A stretch of DNA of 64,000 bases from Mobula hypostoma (Eukaryota). This document shows positions 24,982-39,169 of this stretch, piece by piece. The notes beneath the pieces were generated by a model that made no database searches, had not been told where the DNA came from, and saw nothing but the letters and a program-made list of their open reading frames with translations. Location of the stretch: contig NC_086109.1 in NCBI RefSeq assembly GCF_963921235.1, positions 9,364,001 to 9,428,000 on the forward strand, given 5' to 3'. Within the stretch, counting starts at the first letter, position 1. Each line of letters starts with the position of its first letter. The translations under genes were made by a program, and so were the position numbers.

Positions 24982-27900
24982 ACTACCTCACTACTTTTTA
25001 AAAAATGTCTGTTTTTGTTCTACTTATTTGATTTAACTATTTAATATACATGTGTATATATTTAGAGTAATTCAGTTTTTTCCCTCTATATTTATCATGT
25101 ATCGTACTGCTGTTGCAAGTTAACATATTTCATGACATATGCCGGTGATATTAATTCCGATTCTGTGATAAGAGTAGGCTGTATTCACCGTTTTCTGTGG
25201 CCTTTTCCTTCCTAGGCATAGGTGTTTCCATACTAGGCCTTTGAACTTACCTCAATAAATGGAGCAGCCTTGAAAGTCCTACAACCTCATTAGTCCGACT
25301 CTTCAAAATGTGGATTAATGAGGTGTGACTGTATCGGGCAAACTGCTTGAAAGTGTCAATGTACCACCTGTCCTGCACTAATACAGTACAGTGACAGTGC
25401 TAACTGCTGACTGGTACAGTCTGCAGTGCAACACAGAGGAGGCCTCTGTGAACTAACAAGTCTATTTTTCGTCTGAACCTTTGTGACTTGGAGTTAAAGA
25501 TTACAACCCTGCTTCTTGCAAATAAAGAACCATTTTTCTATGAGCATAATTAGTGTATTTCAGGCAATAAATTTGCTTTAGTAGGAGTCAGACCCTGTTT
25601 GTAAGCTCATAAATCTTTGTGAGAATCGCATTTAACTGTTGACCCCAATAAGAGTATCACACAGAGTTCATGGTCACCAGTGCGGGCTGCATCAAAGTGA
25701 GGCCATACGTAATGGGAGTGCTGGGTTACCAAGGTAATCCTGGCACTGTCAGCGAAGCTTTAAGCGCGACTGCAGTTTGTTATGTGTGATAGCGAGTGTC
25801 TGGAGCTTGATGTGGTCGTACGTCATAATGAAACTTGTGCTGAGAATGGCATAGTGGGTGTATTTGTCAGTTAACCTGGATTGAGTTATTGCATTTACTG
25901 GAATTTTGTTGCAGTACAGAACACCTTAACCTAGATTGCAAAATGTTAGTTCAATAGAAACATTGGTAAATTCTTAGTAAAGAGTGCCTGTGTCTATTTT
26001 TGTGTAAACTGTGCAAACGTTAGTGAGTTGTCCCGGTTATGAAATTCACTGTTAGCCTTGTGTTGGGATCATAACCCCGAATTGCTTCAAAAGGAAGGGT
26101 TTATTGAACTGTCGAATCTTTAAGAAGGAACTCCGGACCTGACAACCACCGTAGCTAATCAAAGTTGAAGAGATGCAGGATTTCTGAGCAAACGCAGCAG
26201 GTAGGGGACCCAATCTTCAATAATTGTAGTAGACTGCAACAAAAAAATTAGCATTTGTATCGTACCAGTAATTCAGATGTACTAAGACTTTCAAAGGGAA
26301 GCCATACATAATGGGAATGCTAGGTTACTGACTCAAGGTAGTAAGATGGTTGTTCTATTTTTTTAAGGTAATCATTACGGCAGCATTGTAGATATATTAC
26401 TGGAAAGGTGTCCAGATGCCTGAGTGTTCGGTCAAGAGATGTTGTCGTAGGATCATAAGACGTAGGAGCAGAATCAGCCATTAGGTCCCATTGAGTATGT
26501 TCCGCTATTGAGTCATGGCTGATTTATTTCTCCCCTCAACCCCATTCTTCAGCCTTCTCCCCATAATCTTTGACATCTTTACTAATTAAGACCTTCATAC
26601 CCCAACTCTGGTAATTGGGGAATTAAAATTCAAGCGTTCAAGAACCTGATATAATATGGAGATTTAAACTGTTAAACTTCTTGGATTCTTGTCAAAGTTG
26701 ATGTGGTTTGTATTATGAGAGTGATTTTCTGCCATCCCTGTCTTACCTACTCCAGCTGTGCCTCAAGATCCCCAACTGCAGTTGACTGTGGTTGACAAGA
26801 CTGAAGTGGCCTGATGGATGTTCACATTACCTTTGTGAATGGATGAGTAACAGAATATCAGAAACTGGTTTAATATCACTGGCATATGACCTGAACTTTG
26901 ACTTTGCAGCAGAGGCACAGTGCAGTACATAATAATAGAGAGGAAAAACTGTGAATTGCTGTAAGTATGTATATATTAAATAGTTAAATAAGTAGTGCAA
27001 AAATAGAAACAAAAAAAGAAGTGAGGTAGTGTTCATGGATTGAATGTCCATTCAGAAATCGGATGGTAGAGGGGAAGAAGCTGTCGTGAATTGTTGAGTG
27101 TGTGTCTTCATGCTTCTGTACCTCTTTCCTGATGGTAGCAATGAGCATGATCTGGGTGGTGAGCTCCTTAATGATGGACGCCACCTTTTTGAGGCATCGT
27201 TCTGTGAAGATGTCATGGATACCACGGAGGCTGTTATCCATGATGGAGCTAAGCTTACAGTCTCTGCTGCTTACTTTGATCCTGTGTAGTAGCCCTGCCC
27301 ATACTGGACAGTGATGCAGCCAGTCAGGATACTCTCCATTGTACAACCACAGTACATCCGTAGAAACTTTCAACTACTTTTGGAGACATACAAAATCTCA
27401 AACTTCTAATGAAATATAGCGGCTGTCGTGCCTTCTTTGTAGCTGCATTGATATGTTGCGTCCAGGTTAGGTCCTTAGACATATTGACACCCAGGACCTT
27501 GAAATTGCTCACTCTTTCCACTTCTGATCCATCTGAGGATTGGTGTGTGTTCCATCATTTTGCCCTTTCTGAAGTCCACAATCAGGTCTTTGGTCCTACT
27601 GATATTGAGTGCAAGGTTATTGTTACGGCACTACTCAACTAGCTGATGTATCTTACTCCTGTATGCCATTTCATTACCATCTGAAATTCTGCCAACAATG
27701 GTTGTATTGTTAGCAAACTGTAGATGGCCTAGCCACCCAGTCGTGTGTAGAGAGAGTAGAGTGTTGGGCTAAGCACATATCGTTGAGATACGCCAGTGTT
27801 TATTGTCTGTGAGGTAGCGATGTTATTTCTGATCCGCACAGATTGTGGTCTACTGATTTGGGAAGTCGAGGGTCTTAGGTCTGAAGTGATCTGATGAGAA

Positions 27901-30900
27901 GTGAATATTTGTGGGCTAAGATGGGTTTTGAAACTTTAAATGTAGAAAAGGTGGATTAGATCGAGGGGGGGGATACTAAACAGAAGGAATACTGTGGGGA
28001 AACTAAATTTAGAGGAATGATGGAGCTCAAGGCTTGTAAAGTGCTGGATAAGAACTGGCCATCATGCTCATTGCCTTTCACCAGTATACACTACAATTAA
28101 GTAAACTGTATAGTCAATAGTATACAGCATTTTAGGAACAGCTTCCCTTCTGCCATCAGATTTCTGAACGAACAATGAACCCATGGGCACTACCACACTA
28201 TTTTTGCATTACTTGTTTGATTTTTGCATTACTTACTTGATTTTTATTGACTTTTATTGTTTATTTATTTATTTATTGAGATACAGTGCAGAATAGGCCC
28301 TTCTGGCCCTTCGAGCCACACTGCCCAGCAATCCTCCAAATTAATCCTAGCCTAATCACAGAACAATTTACGGTAACCAATTAGCTTACCAACCAGTATG
28401 TCTTTGGACTGTGGGAGGAAACCAGAGCATCCGGAGGAAACCCACATGGTCACGGGGAGAAGATACAGACTCCTTATGTGCAACGGTGGGAATTGAATCC
28501 GGGTCACCTGTACTGTAAAGCATTGTGCTTACCACTACTCTCCTGTGCTGCTTATTTTTAATATATTTCTTATTGTAAATTATAGTATATCAAATATTTA
28601 ATGCTGTCAGTAATAGTAAACCTTATTCTGATTCTGATATAAAAACTTAATTCTTTAGGAAACTGCAGGCCAACATAGATCAGCTAGAAGGTGATCGAAG
28701 TTTGGATGTTATAACTAAAATCGTACAGAGTCTGGAGGTTGGTGAAGACGCAGTTTAAAATGGGGATCTTGGAAGAAGAAACAGCAAGGAGAAAGAAACT
28801 ATCATGGAATTGGAAATATGTGGTTTTGGTGATGGGGGTACAAGGCCTAATTGGGAGCATGATTGTGTGGTTTAGTCTGAGTGTCTGGAAAGAAAGATGG
28901 AATTTTATGAATCTCGCAATTTCATTTGAATCAGGAATTTCTGCAGCTGAGATTTGTATATTTTTTGTCTTAAATTTTGTTGAGTATGCATGTTAATTTA
29001 ACACTGTAATTTGTTTTTTCTTGAGAGTTGGCAGGATAAATTTTAAAGCAGATATTTACCGATGTGGATGATTTTTTTTTAAAGTTGAAAGCTTGTAATG
29101 GCAGGAATTAGCATTAAGAGACACAAGGTGATAGTTTGAAGCATTTTTATGGACAAAATTTATAATACTGTTTTTGAAAGTCACCTTCATGGTTATGCTA
29201 TGATTAAATAATATTTTTAAAATCATCCCTGGCCTTGAGCTGCAATTTTCTGCCCATGCTCAAGGGGATTTAATACATTTTTGGAAGATTTCTGATGATT
29301 TTAGAGCTTTTAACAGAACGTGGGAGAATTATGTGGCACTTGAATAAATTCCAAGAAAAATGTTTATGCTGTTTTAAAATATTTATTTTGCCAGTGATTT
29401 TTATTTAGTAGTTGGTTAATTGTGCAGGCATTCTTTAAATTTTCATCCAGTCACTTTACTCTGGGTGGAGGCAAATCATCCAGTTGGTACTCCACCCATG
29501 TGGGGAGAGACCACAGAAGTTCAATAACTGCTTACTGCTCTGATGATAATCTGACTTATTCTCCATGCTGTGCAAATTGACTTTGAGCAGTACCACATAT
29601 TGTTGTCACAACAATAAAAATCTTGCACTCACCTGCAATTCGATGTCAGTGGCATTACTCAGCGAGGCACAAATTAAAAAGGAACTTACCACAAATCCAG
29701 GAAATTGATCTGCTCCATCAGCAGTAAATATTGCTTGCATCCTCTGTCAGTTGAGCCCTTCCAAGAGGATATTTAAAATGGCAAACAGGAGACCTCTAGT
29801 GGAGTCAAAGGCTGCTAACTAAATTATCTAGTAACAAAAGCTCCAAGATTATTGTTTTAATAATTTTGTGACTACTAAGTGCTGAAGTTTGCCACCAAAA
29901 CTTTGTTATGGCAAATATTACTAAAAATAGTGGAAGCAATTCCAAAAAATAATGTATTTTTCTGAGCAATGCATAAACGTACACATTGAACATAGAACAT
30001 TACAGCACAGTATAGGCCCTTCGCACCGCGATGTTTTGAGTTCTGCATTTATCTTCTCTTTCTTTCATAGACGGAGCTATCCAAAGGAGAGGCATTTGGT
30101 CCATTGTTGGATTTGAGTTCAGGCAGGGATTATTCAGACCTTTCCTTTATAAGGTATATAAAACAGTGGTTAAAATGCAGTTTTAACATGGACATTCTTC
30201 ACAGTTGAGTAAGAGGAATGAAGACTCTCAGAGTAACACTAGACTTATTTAACAGAGACATGAATGTAAGGGCGTTTCTTCTCCTTGTTTTGGTAAATTT
30301 TGTTGGAAGCTTTCATAAGCGTATTTTTTTTTCTCTATCTATTAGACTGTTTGAAATAAAAGCAGATTTAGGCCATCCATCCCATGGAGTCTGATCTGCC
30401 ATTCCATCATGACTGATTTATTATCCCTCTCATTCCCATTCTCCTGCTTTCTCTCCTACCTTTGATGCCCTGACTAATCAAGAACCTATGAACCTTTAGT
30501 TTAAATATATCCAATGACTTGGCTTCCACAGATACCTATGGCAAAGAATTCCACAGATTCACCATTATCTGGCTAAAGAAATTCCCCCCTCATGTCTGTT
30601 CTAAAAGGATGCCCTTCTATCCTGAGGCTCTGGTCCTAGACTTCCCCCTCAAAATGCAATAGCCTCTCCACATCTGGGCTTTTCAATATTCAGTCAGTTT
30701 CAATGAAATCCCCCTTTAACAATGGACTTTCCTAATTGTTTCTTTCAGTTTCCCTATTTCAGTTTGAATGTTCTGGCAAATTAAAAGTATGTTTCTCTGT
30801 GCACTATGCACTCTTCTTTAAGTGATTCAAAATCCCAAATATTTTATTGGGGAGGGGGAAATTCCCTTAAGAAATAAAGTAAGGATTGCCAAGGAATAGA

Positions 30901-31751
30901 TGCAGCCAAGTAAACTTGTTATCTATGTTCTAAGAGTTGAAATGTATTGAGAATACCAATTGGGAAAGGATTCTTAGTGCATCGAAAATTGATTGTATTT
31001 CACTTTTATCCCCCTGCTCTCCTTTATGCATTTCCTTCAGGAATGCTTTTCCTTTCTCAGGTGTCCATTAAACGTCCACACTGAAAGGGTAGTTTTATTG
31101 TGCTTGTCCTACACAGTGGAATAAGATTATCTAGCTTTATGTGTTGCATGTACATCGAAACATAACAGTGAAATGTGTAGTTTGGATCAAATCAAATCAG
31201 CGAGGAGTGTGCTGTTGGCAGTCCACAAGCGTCGCCAGGCTTCTGGTGCTGACGTAGCATGACTAACCCTAACCCATATGTCTTTTGGAATGTGGGAGAA
31301 AACCAGAGCACCCAGTGGAAACCCACACAGTGATGGGGAAAACATACAAACTCACTACAGGCAGTGGCAGGGATCGAACCCTGACTAGTGATTCAGTGGT
31401 GTAAAGTGATTGCCGTAACTGTTATGCTAACGTGCCACTACGATTCTACCCTAATTACTATCATCAAAGTCCAATAATTCTGCGATAGTCTTTTAAACAA
31501 GGACCTTGAGTTTTGGAATTTGAAGGACAATGGAAAAATGCTGCCTTGGTGTGAATCTTTAGATAAGATAGAAAAATGCACTTATGCGTGGTGTTTTTCT
31601 CACAATCATGAAGAATAATTTCAAATAAAATGCAGTTTATTTTAATGCAGAATATTACAAATGTTCTTAGATCACTACGGGGTTATCGCTACAAGGTTTC
31701 TTTTTTCTTTACTAACCTAACAACTAGTTGAAATAATACTTAAATAATTTG

Positions 31752-32100
31752 TTACTGCCCGTTGCGCTGCTGGCCTTTAGGGGAGCATTGAAAGTCCTCC
31801 ATTTCTGTCTGTTCTTGGCCATATACCATCGCGCACAGATATAAAAAGATTCTCCATTGCTGTTTCTGTAACAATTTTGTTTTGACCAGTCAGGGTTATT
31901 AGCCCTGAGCTGAACCCCTGAACCTGGAAGACCAATAGACTACTCTTAGTCAGGGTTCTACCCTTTGACCCGCCTGGCATGGGTGGCCTACCAAGAGTCA
32001 AAGCATAAAGCTCTATCTCCAGTCAACATAGCTCTCTGGGTCATTGAAGCACACAAGCTTCCAAACCCTATGACAAGGTTGTGGTCCGTCATCTTGGAGG
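31752..32100 (-). mobile_element. RTE-derived non-autonomous element
   Basis: The minus strand begins with an RTE-type 5'UTR (aaccttgtcatagg...gcttgtgtgcttcaatgacccagagagctatg) and ends in an RTE-like 3' segment. Confidence 0.55.
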
Positions 32101-32109
32101 TTAATAATT

Positions 32110-32251
32110 TGAACTAAGTATAAATAGTTTTTCCATGAGTAAGAATTTTGTTATTTCAGTGGTATTGACCTTTACTAACTTGAACTGAATGTAAGTAGTT
32201 TTTCCATGATTAAGAGTTTTGTTATTTCAGTGGTACTGGCCTTCACTGGCT
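32110..32251 (+). repeat. ~70-bp tandem duplication
   Basis: tgaact.a.t.taa.tagtttttccatga.taaga.ttttgttatttcagtggta.tg.c.tt.act occurs twice, head to tail. Confidence 0.85.
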
Positions 32252-34689
32252 CCATTATGTGTTTTGTTTGTTAATGTCTGATTATTGGCATGTACAGTAT
32301 CTGCTTAAGCTGGGTGATTTTCAGTTCTAATAATGATCAGCTTTAGGGACAGTTTATTTTAAATAAGTAGAAATCTTGCATACTGAGTCTCATTTCTCTT
32401 GTCCACATAGCTTTTACTGAGTTTCTAGTTAAGCTGGCTCACTGCTGGATTTTTCACTTTTACCTTCACTTTTCTTGCAGTGAGACATTTCACTTGTATT
32501 AGTCTCGTGTTAATCGGAGACACAATCAAGAATCACCTCACATGGGGCTTGGAAAGGAGAAGGAAACTGGGAATAGAGATCCATAATTCCCTGAAAGTGG
32601 TGTCACAGGTAGATGGGTCCACTCATATTAGCAATCTTCATTAGTTTTATTATTAATGAACTTGCACTTAACTATTGTACTTACCTTGCATATGGTATAT
32701 CCACTGTAGCTCACTGGCTCCTCCTTTTTCCATCCTCCTGAGATCTTCAATCTCCTTCAGTTTTATTAAACCAACCACTTATTTGGGGAAATAATGAATT
32801 TTCAATGTCTAGCTTATCACCTTTACGTGAAATCATAGCAAAGGCTAAAATGTTTGGTGAGGATCAACACGTACTTTCGGCAAAACCCGTGACATCCAAG
32901 TTCTCCTCATGGACAAAAGCAGGCATGTTCTTCTATAGGAAACCAACAAGTTAATACTGACAAATTCTCCTTCACATTACTGGAAGCTCTGGTATATTGT
33001 TTAATTCTAATGGAACTTTGCATCTGTTTGCATATAAATGATGGAATAATTGCAGCTGATGTTGAGGAAAGATTTTGCATGCTTGATTTATCTTGTCTCA
33101 GTAGCTCACTTGCATCACTGTAAGAAACCTGTAGTTAATAACTATGGAGATAAGACTGTCTTATTCCAGTAAAGGTCAAAGCAAGCAAATTCCTCCTCAA
33201 ATTTTATTTGTGTATCTTTTGTTCCCTATAAAGGAACACAAAATACAACATTTAATATGCATGCCCATGAGTTACTGACCACTTGACCAAGTTAGATGCT
33301 CTCCAATTGTATACTTGGTTAGTGATATTGTGAAATCAGTATTTGAGCTTATAAGATATAGCAGATGCTTTACATCTGGCGAAACACACCAAATACTGGA
33401 GGAACTCAACATGTGAGGCAGCATCTATGGAGGGAAATGGATAGTCGACAACTTGGGTGAAGGCCCTTTACCAGTCCTGATGAAGATTGTTAGATCTTCA
33501 TCAGGACTGTTGATCTGCTGATGATAGATTAGCTTTATTTGCAACATGTACATTGAAACATACAGTGAAATGTTGTTTCCGTTAAGTCAAATCAGATCAG
33601 CGATGATTGTGCTGGGCAGCTCAAGTGTTGCCACACTTCCGGCGCCAACAAAGCATGCTTACAACTTACTAGCCCTAACCTGTATGTCTTTGGAATGTGG
33701 GAGGAAACCCACACAGTCACAGAGGGGAGCTTACAAACTCCTTACAGACAGTGGTGGGAATTGAATCCCAATCTTATGCTTGGTGTTGTAAAGCATTGTG
33801 TTAACCTGAAACGTCCACTGTCTGTTTTTCTCCATAGGTGCTTCCTCACCTGCTGAGTTCCTCCAGCATCTTCTGTGTTGCATCGGTATTTGAGCAGATT
33901 TCCATAGTTATGTAGCAGGGCCAGAGGGGTGGATGTGGCTGTCCATGGTAGTTCGGGAGTAGAAGTGACTACTGGTTGATCGTTATTGCAGAGCAGAGTA
34001 AAGCAATTTGTTTTTTTTTTCATTTGTTTATCCAGTAAATATCTCCAAAGTACTTTGGCCAAAAAGTTCAAATTGACCAATTCCATGTGAATGTAAACGC
34101 AGTGTTACCCATTACCACTCCAGTGAACAGTTAAACACTTGTCTGCCTAAAGTTTTAAGGAAATGTTAATGTTGCAGCTAAATAAAACCGAGCATGCCAG
34201 AAATCTAAAATAAAAACCAAAAATGGAAACACTTCGTCAGATAGGATCTGTAGAAAGCAAAACAGTGCCAATATTTCAGGTCAAAGACTCTCCATCAGAC
34301 GGTATTTCTCATTTAATTTCCTTGTGTAGGAATCCGTTTGGAAATACAAGTTGATGCTGGCTCTCAGAGCAATCTATCAATCCTAGTCTATACATGTTTC
34401 CCTATTATCTCTCACATGCTTATTAATACCCCTGGTTTTCCCTCCATCCACCTACATTAGAGGTAATGTATAATTGCTATCAGCTTACCAACCCATTCTG
34501 AGAAGTCAGAACACCTGAGGGGAAGCCCAGGCAGTCACAGAGAGAACTTGCAAACTCCACACGGACAGCGCTGGAGATCAGGATCAATCCTGGTCAGTGA
34601 AGAAAGCATCTTTTTCCATCCTCAGTCGCAAGTTGATGTGCCAGTTTAAGCCTGCTTGAATGAGTTAATGCTCATGAATGAGCAGTCCA

Positions 34690-35140
34690 TAAGAGCATAA
34701 GATACAGGAGCAGAATTAGGCCATTTGGCCCTTTGAGTCAGCTCCACCATTTCATCATGGCCGATCCATTTCCCTCTCAGCCCTAATCGCCTGCCACCTC
34801 GCTGTATCCCATCATGCCCTTACTAATCTAGAATCTATCAGCCTCTATCTCAAATATACTTAAAGACTTGGCCTCCACAGCTAGTTGTGGCAACGAATTC
34901 CACAGATTCATCTGTCTCTGGCTAAAGAAATTCCGACTTGTCTCTGTTCTAAAAGGACGCCCCTCTATACTAAGGCTGTGTCCTCTGGTCCTAGACTCTC
35001 CCACCACAGGAAACATCCTCTCCACATCCACTCTATAGAGGCCTTTCAACATTCGATAGGTTTCAATTAGGTCATCCCTTATTCTTCTGAATTCCAGTGT
35101 ATACTGTCCCAGAGCCATCAAATGCTCTTCATATGACAGA
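34690..35140 (-). mobile_element. CR1 LINE 3' fragment; representative
   Basis: LSYEEHL.ALG.YTLEFRR.R.DLIETY.ML.G...VD.ERMFP.VGESRTRGHSL...FFSQR..NLWNSLPQ. Similar approximate pieces: 11485-11780(+), 12650-12815(-), 23205-23490(+), 26455-26590(-), 30365-30715(-), 35535-36075(-), 37835-38590(-), 52090-52450(-), 60825-61190(-). Confidence 0.88.
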
Positions 35141-36648
35141 AAGCCGAACAAAGAAGGAATGTTTCTGATTTTAAAAATTGCTTATCTTTTACTGCTGTGA
35201 TGCATAGCTAACTCTTTAATATTAGTTTTTCATGCTGGATTATCCATAGGACCGTAAGAGAAAAGAGTTGTATAAGGTCAATTGATAAATGGATCCATTT
35301 GTCATGCTCTGCAGTGTTATGCTGTATGGTGGTATGGAGCTATGACTTTTTAGGGCAACGATTTGTGTTCTAAAATAGTCATACTCTCAACTCATAAGTT
35401 TGAATATGTAGTTTAGAACCATTAGTTACCCCTGCAACCCAATCATATTTATTGGGAACATTCCTTTTCTTTCCATTAGATTGATAAACAAAGAGCAAGA
35501 TAAACAAGTTGTACTAAATTCTCCCTTCCGTAGGACCATAAGACATGGGAGCAGAATTAAGTCATTTGACCCATTAAGTCTACTGCGCCATTCCTTCATG
35601 ACTGATTTATTATCCCAATCTCCTGCCTTCTCCTTGTAACCTTTGATGCCCTTGCTAGTCAAGAACCTCTCAACCTCCGCTTTCAATATCCTAATGCCTT
35701 GGCTTCAGCAACCGTCCGTGGTAATGAATTCTACAAATTAACCACTCTCTTGCTAAAGATATTCTTCCTCATCTCTGTTTTAAAGAGATGTCCTTCTATT
35801 CTGAGGATGTACCCTCCACTCCTAGACTCCTCTACTATTGGAAATATTTTCTCCATATTCACTGTATCTAGGCCTTTCATATTCTATAGTTTTCAAAGAG
35901 AACCCCCCTCATTGTTCTAAATCCCTTCAAACACTCCTCATATGTTAACCCTTAAATTCCCTGGATCATTCTCATAAGCTTCCTCTGGACCCTCTTCAAT
36001 GCCAGCTCATCTTTTCTTAGATAAGAGGCCAAAACTTCTCACAATACCCCAAGTATGTTCTGACCAATGCCTTCCCCACCACCACTGACTCCATGGATTT
36101 CCTGTGTTTTATATGATGATGTTTTTGAAGCTTTAATATGATAAATATTCTGGGTTTTGTGCATTAATTCAGTTATTGTTGCTATATAGTAAACACTGAA
36201 AATTCATTGAGTAAATGCATCACTAAAGTGGGTTTAAGGAAGTTCATTATCTTAAAGGTGAAGAGCTGTTTTAAATTTTTGATGGAAACAGCTACTTACA
36301 AATACAGGTATACAGACTAGAATTGATTTTTATACCTCTATTATTTTAAAAATTATTGCAAAGACTAGTTCCCCTCAAGTTAAAATAATTCAGTGATCTT
36401 CTGTAAAATGTGTTTGGTGTATATAGTATCCCGTGTAAATTTAGAACAAACTAAAGATAGTAATTAAGAAACCGTAGAATTTAAGCAACCTTGGTTTTAG
36501 GTTTTCTCTTCAGAACATTTACTTACATCCTTGTTATCTAGTTAAAACATTGTAGTGATTAGCAATTTCTTTCATTCTGTTTTACAATGACAGACATGAA
36601 GTTTTTTTTGTGAATATGATTTCCTCCTCCTTTCAGATTAGTAAGTGT

Positions 36649-36908
36649 GGTGCGTGGCCAAGTGGTTAGGGCGTTGGACCAGTGATCTGAAGGTCATGGG
36701 TTTGTGTGTGCCCTTGAGCAAGGCACTTAACCACACAATGCTCCAGTCTGTCCAGCTGAGAATGGGTACTGGCAGAAATGCTGGGGGTTAACCTCTCGAT
36801 AGATTGGCATCCTATCCGGGGTGGGGGGGGAGGGTGTGGAGTCTCGTACTCTCAGTCGCTTCATGCCACGGAAACCGGCATAAGCCACGAGGCTCGTGAC
36901 AGACTTTA
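36649..36908 (+). mobile_element. tRNA-derived SINE of a different (Deu/Nin-domain-like) family
   Basis: A-box TGGCCAAGTGG; cccttgagcaaggcacttaacc; ...gtcgcttcatgccacggaaaccgg... 3' part. Flanked by tcagatta(g/a)taa direct repeats. Confidence 0.65.
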
Positions 36909-39169
36909 ATCAGATTAATAACATCTAGTGATTTCATTAATTTTTTGGTAAATGGTTACTTGACTTTGTGGTTCTAATTGCTGAGATAAAGGGGGTCCTA
37001 TATTGCTGTCGTATTCTGGTCTCAAGGAATTATCAGTTATTCATCTGAAAAAAATCTAATAATTATTGCTCACACTGCAGAACAGATATTGAAATAACAT
37101 GATAGTGCCCATGACACAGAGTATTTCAGTATTTCAAGATGGCTGTTTCATTGCCTCTTTGAAGTTGTGCTGTTAATGGGTAGTATTGATTTTACTGAAA
37201 AAAAAACAATGCTACCCACCAACCAGACCACCTTCTCCCACTCTGCCCACGTGGTCCAGATTATCACAGGTTTATCACCTCTTTCCATCCAGTCCATCTT
37301 CATGGTGCATTGCTTCAAGAATGCTAGTGACATTGTCAAAGATGCCTGCCTCCATAGCTTTTCCCTTTTCTATCTTCTACCTTCATGGAGAAGATGGGGG
37401 AGCTTAAAAATCCAGATGTTCAGACTTAAGAACAGCTATTTTCCCCACTGCTAGCAGATATCTGAATTAATTACCTCTTCCACATCTCCTTTCTGGTGGT
37501 GCTGTTATGATTTCATTCTGTTAACACTACGTGTCTTGGGTATTCTACTGTTGCCATTTCAGTACTTTTTTGTTTCACTTCTTTGCTCTTGTCGTCAGAA
37601 TTAGGCCATATGACAAATAAATTAATCTGAATCTGAAGTTGTAGGAGTGGGTACAATTACAACATTTAAAAGCCATTTGAACAGGTTGATTGGTAGGACA
37701 GATTTAGAGAGATACGAGCTGGCTGCAGGCAGGTGGGGCTAGCTTAGTTTGATTGGCATGGATGAGTTGGGTTGAAGGGCCTATTTCCCTGCTGTATAAT
37801 TATGATAGCGATATTATTTGTATTTATCAGCCCTATCAGAGCATAAGGCATAGCAGTTGAATTAGGCCATTTGGCCCATTGATGCTGCACTGCCATTCAA
37901 TCATGGCTGATTTTCTTTTATCCCTCTCAACCCCATTTTTCTGCCTTCTCCCTGATGAAAACTAATATGGCCATATTTGGGAACAGCTTCTTTCCAACTG
38001 ATAAGACTGCTGAACGGATCCTAACCCAGATCTGGGCCGTACCCTCCAAATATCGGGACCTGCCTCTCGGTTTTTTTACACTACCTTACTTTCCCTTTTC
38101 TATTTTCTATTCATGATTTATAATTTAATTTTTTTAAATATTTACTATCGATTTGTACTCCAGGGAGCACGAAGAGCAGAAGTAAATATCGCTGTGATGA
38201 TTGTATGCTCTAGTATTAATTGTTTGGCCACTATAAAGTATAAAGTAAAGTAATATTAAAAAGTTAGCTATGCATCACAGCAGTGGAAGATAAACACTTT
38301 TTTAGAATCAAAAACATTCTGTTTCTTCTCTGTCCTACCTTCTAACTCCTTCATTGGACTAACTCCTTTGACGCCCTGACTAATCAAGAACCTATCAACT
38401 TCCATTTAAAATATATCTAATACCTTAGCCTCCACAGCCATCTGTAGCAATGAATTCCACAGATTCACCACACTTTGACTGAAGAAATTCCTCCTCATCT
38501 CTGTTCTAAGGGATGTCTTTCTATTCTGAGGCTGTGCCCTCTGGTCCTAGACTAGCCCACTCTAGAAAACATCCCCTTAATGTCCACTCTCTTTTATTAT
38601 TATCGTGTTTGCTCTGTGAGCATCACAGAGACACGGAATTTCATTGCATCCTGGTGTACATGACAATAAACTAACCTAGTTTAACCTGCTCTTCAGGATA
38701 ACACTCAAGTGACCAGTTTTCACCTGCGTGCTTGGCTTTGAGTCGGCAAACAATACTGTTGCACCAAGAATGGAAAAAGGTCAAAGCTGAGCCTATCTCA
38801 TTCTCACTTAATGTTTGAGAATGAGTATTTTCAAGCAGGATCTAACTAGATAGCAAATAGGAATGAGAGCTGGCTGCAGTGACCAACCTGCTGGCAGAAC
38901 TCAGTGGGTTGAGTTCCATTGAGGACAATTGCAGCAGCAGGTGTGTAAATAAGGCCTGGAAGATAATCGGGGACACCAGTCACCCCAACCATAAACTGTT
39001 TCAGCTGCTTCTGTCTGGTAAATGATACCACAGCATTAAAGCTTTCTACAAGCCATTACGCTTATAAATTCACATGTCTGTACATTGCGACGGAGTCATA
39101 ACGCAAGATTTTTTACTCCCTCGTGTTGTTGGACAGATGTAAGATTTAAAATCCTTCTGTTGGGAGGAA

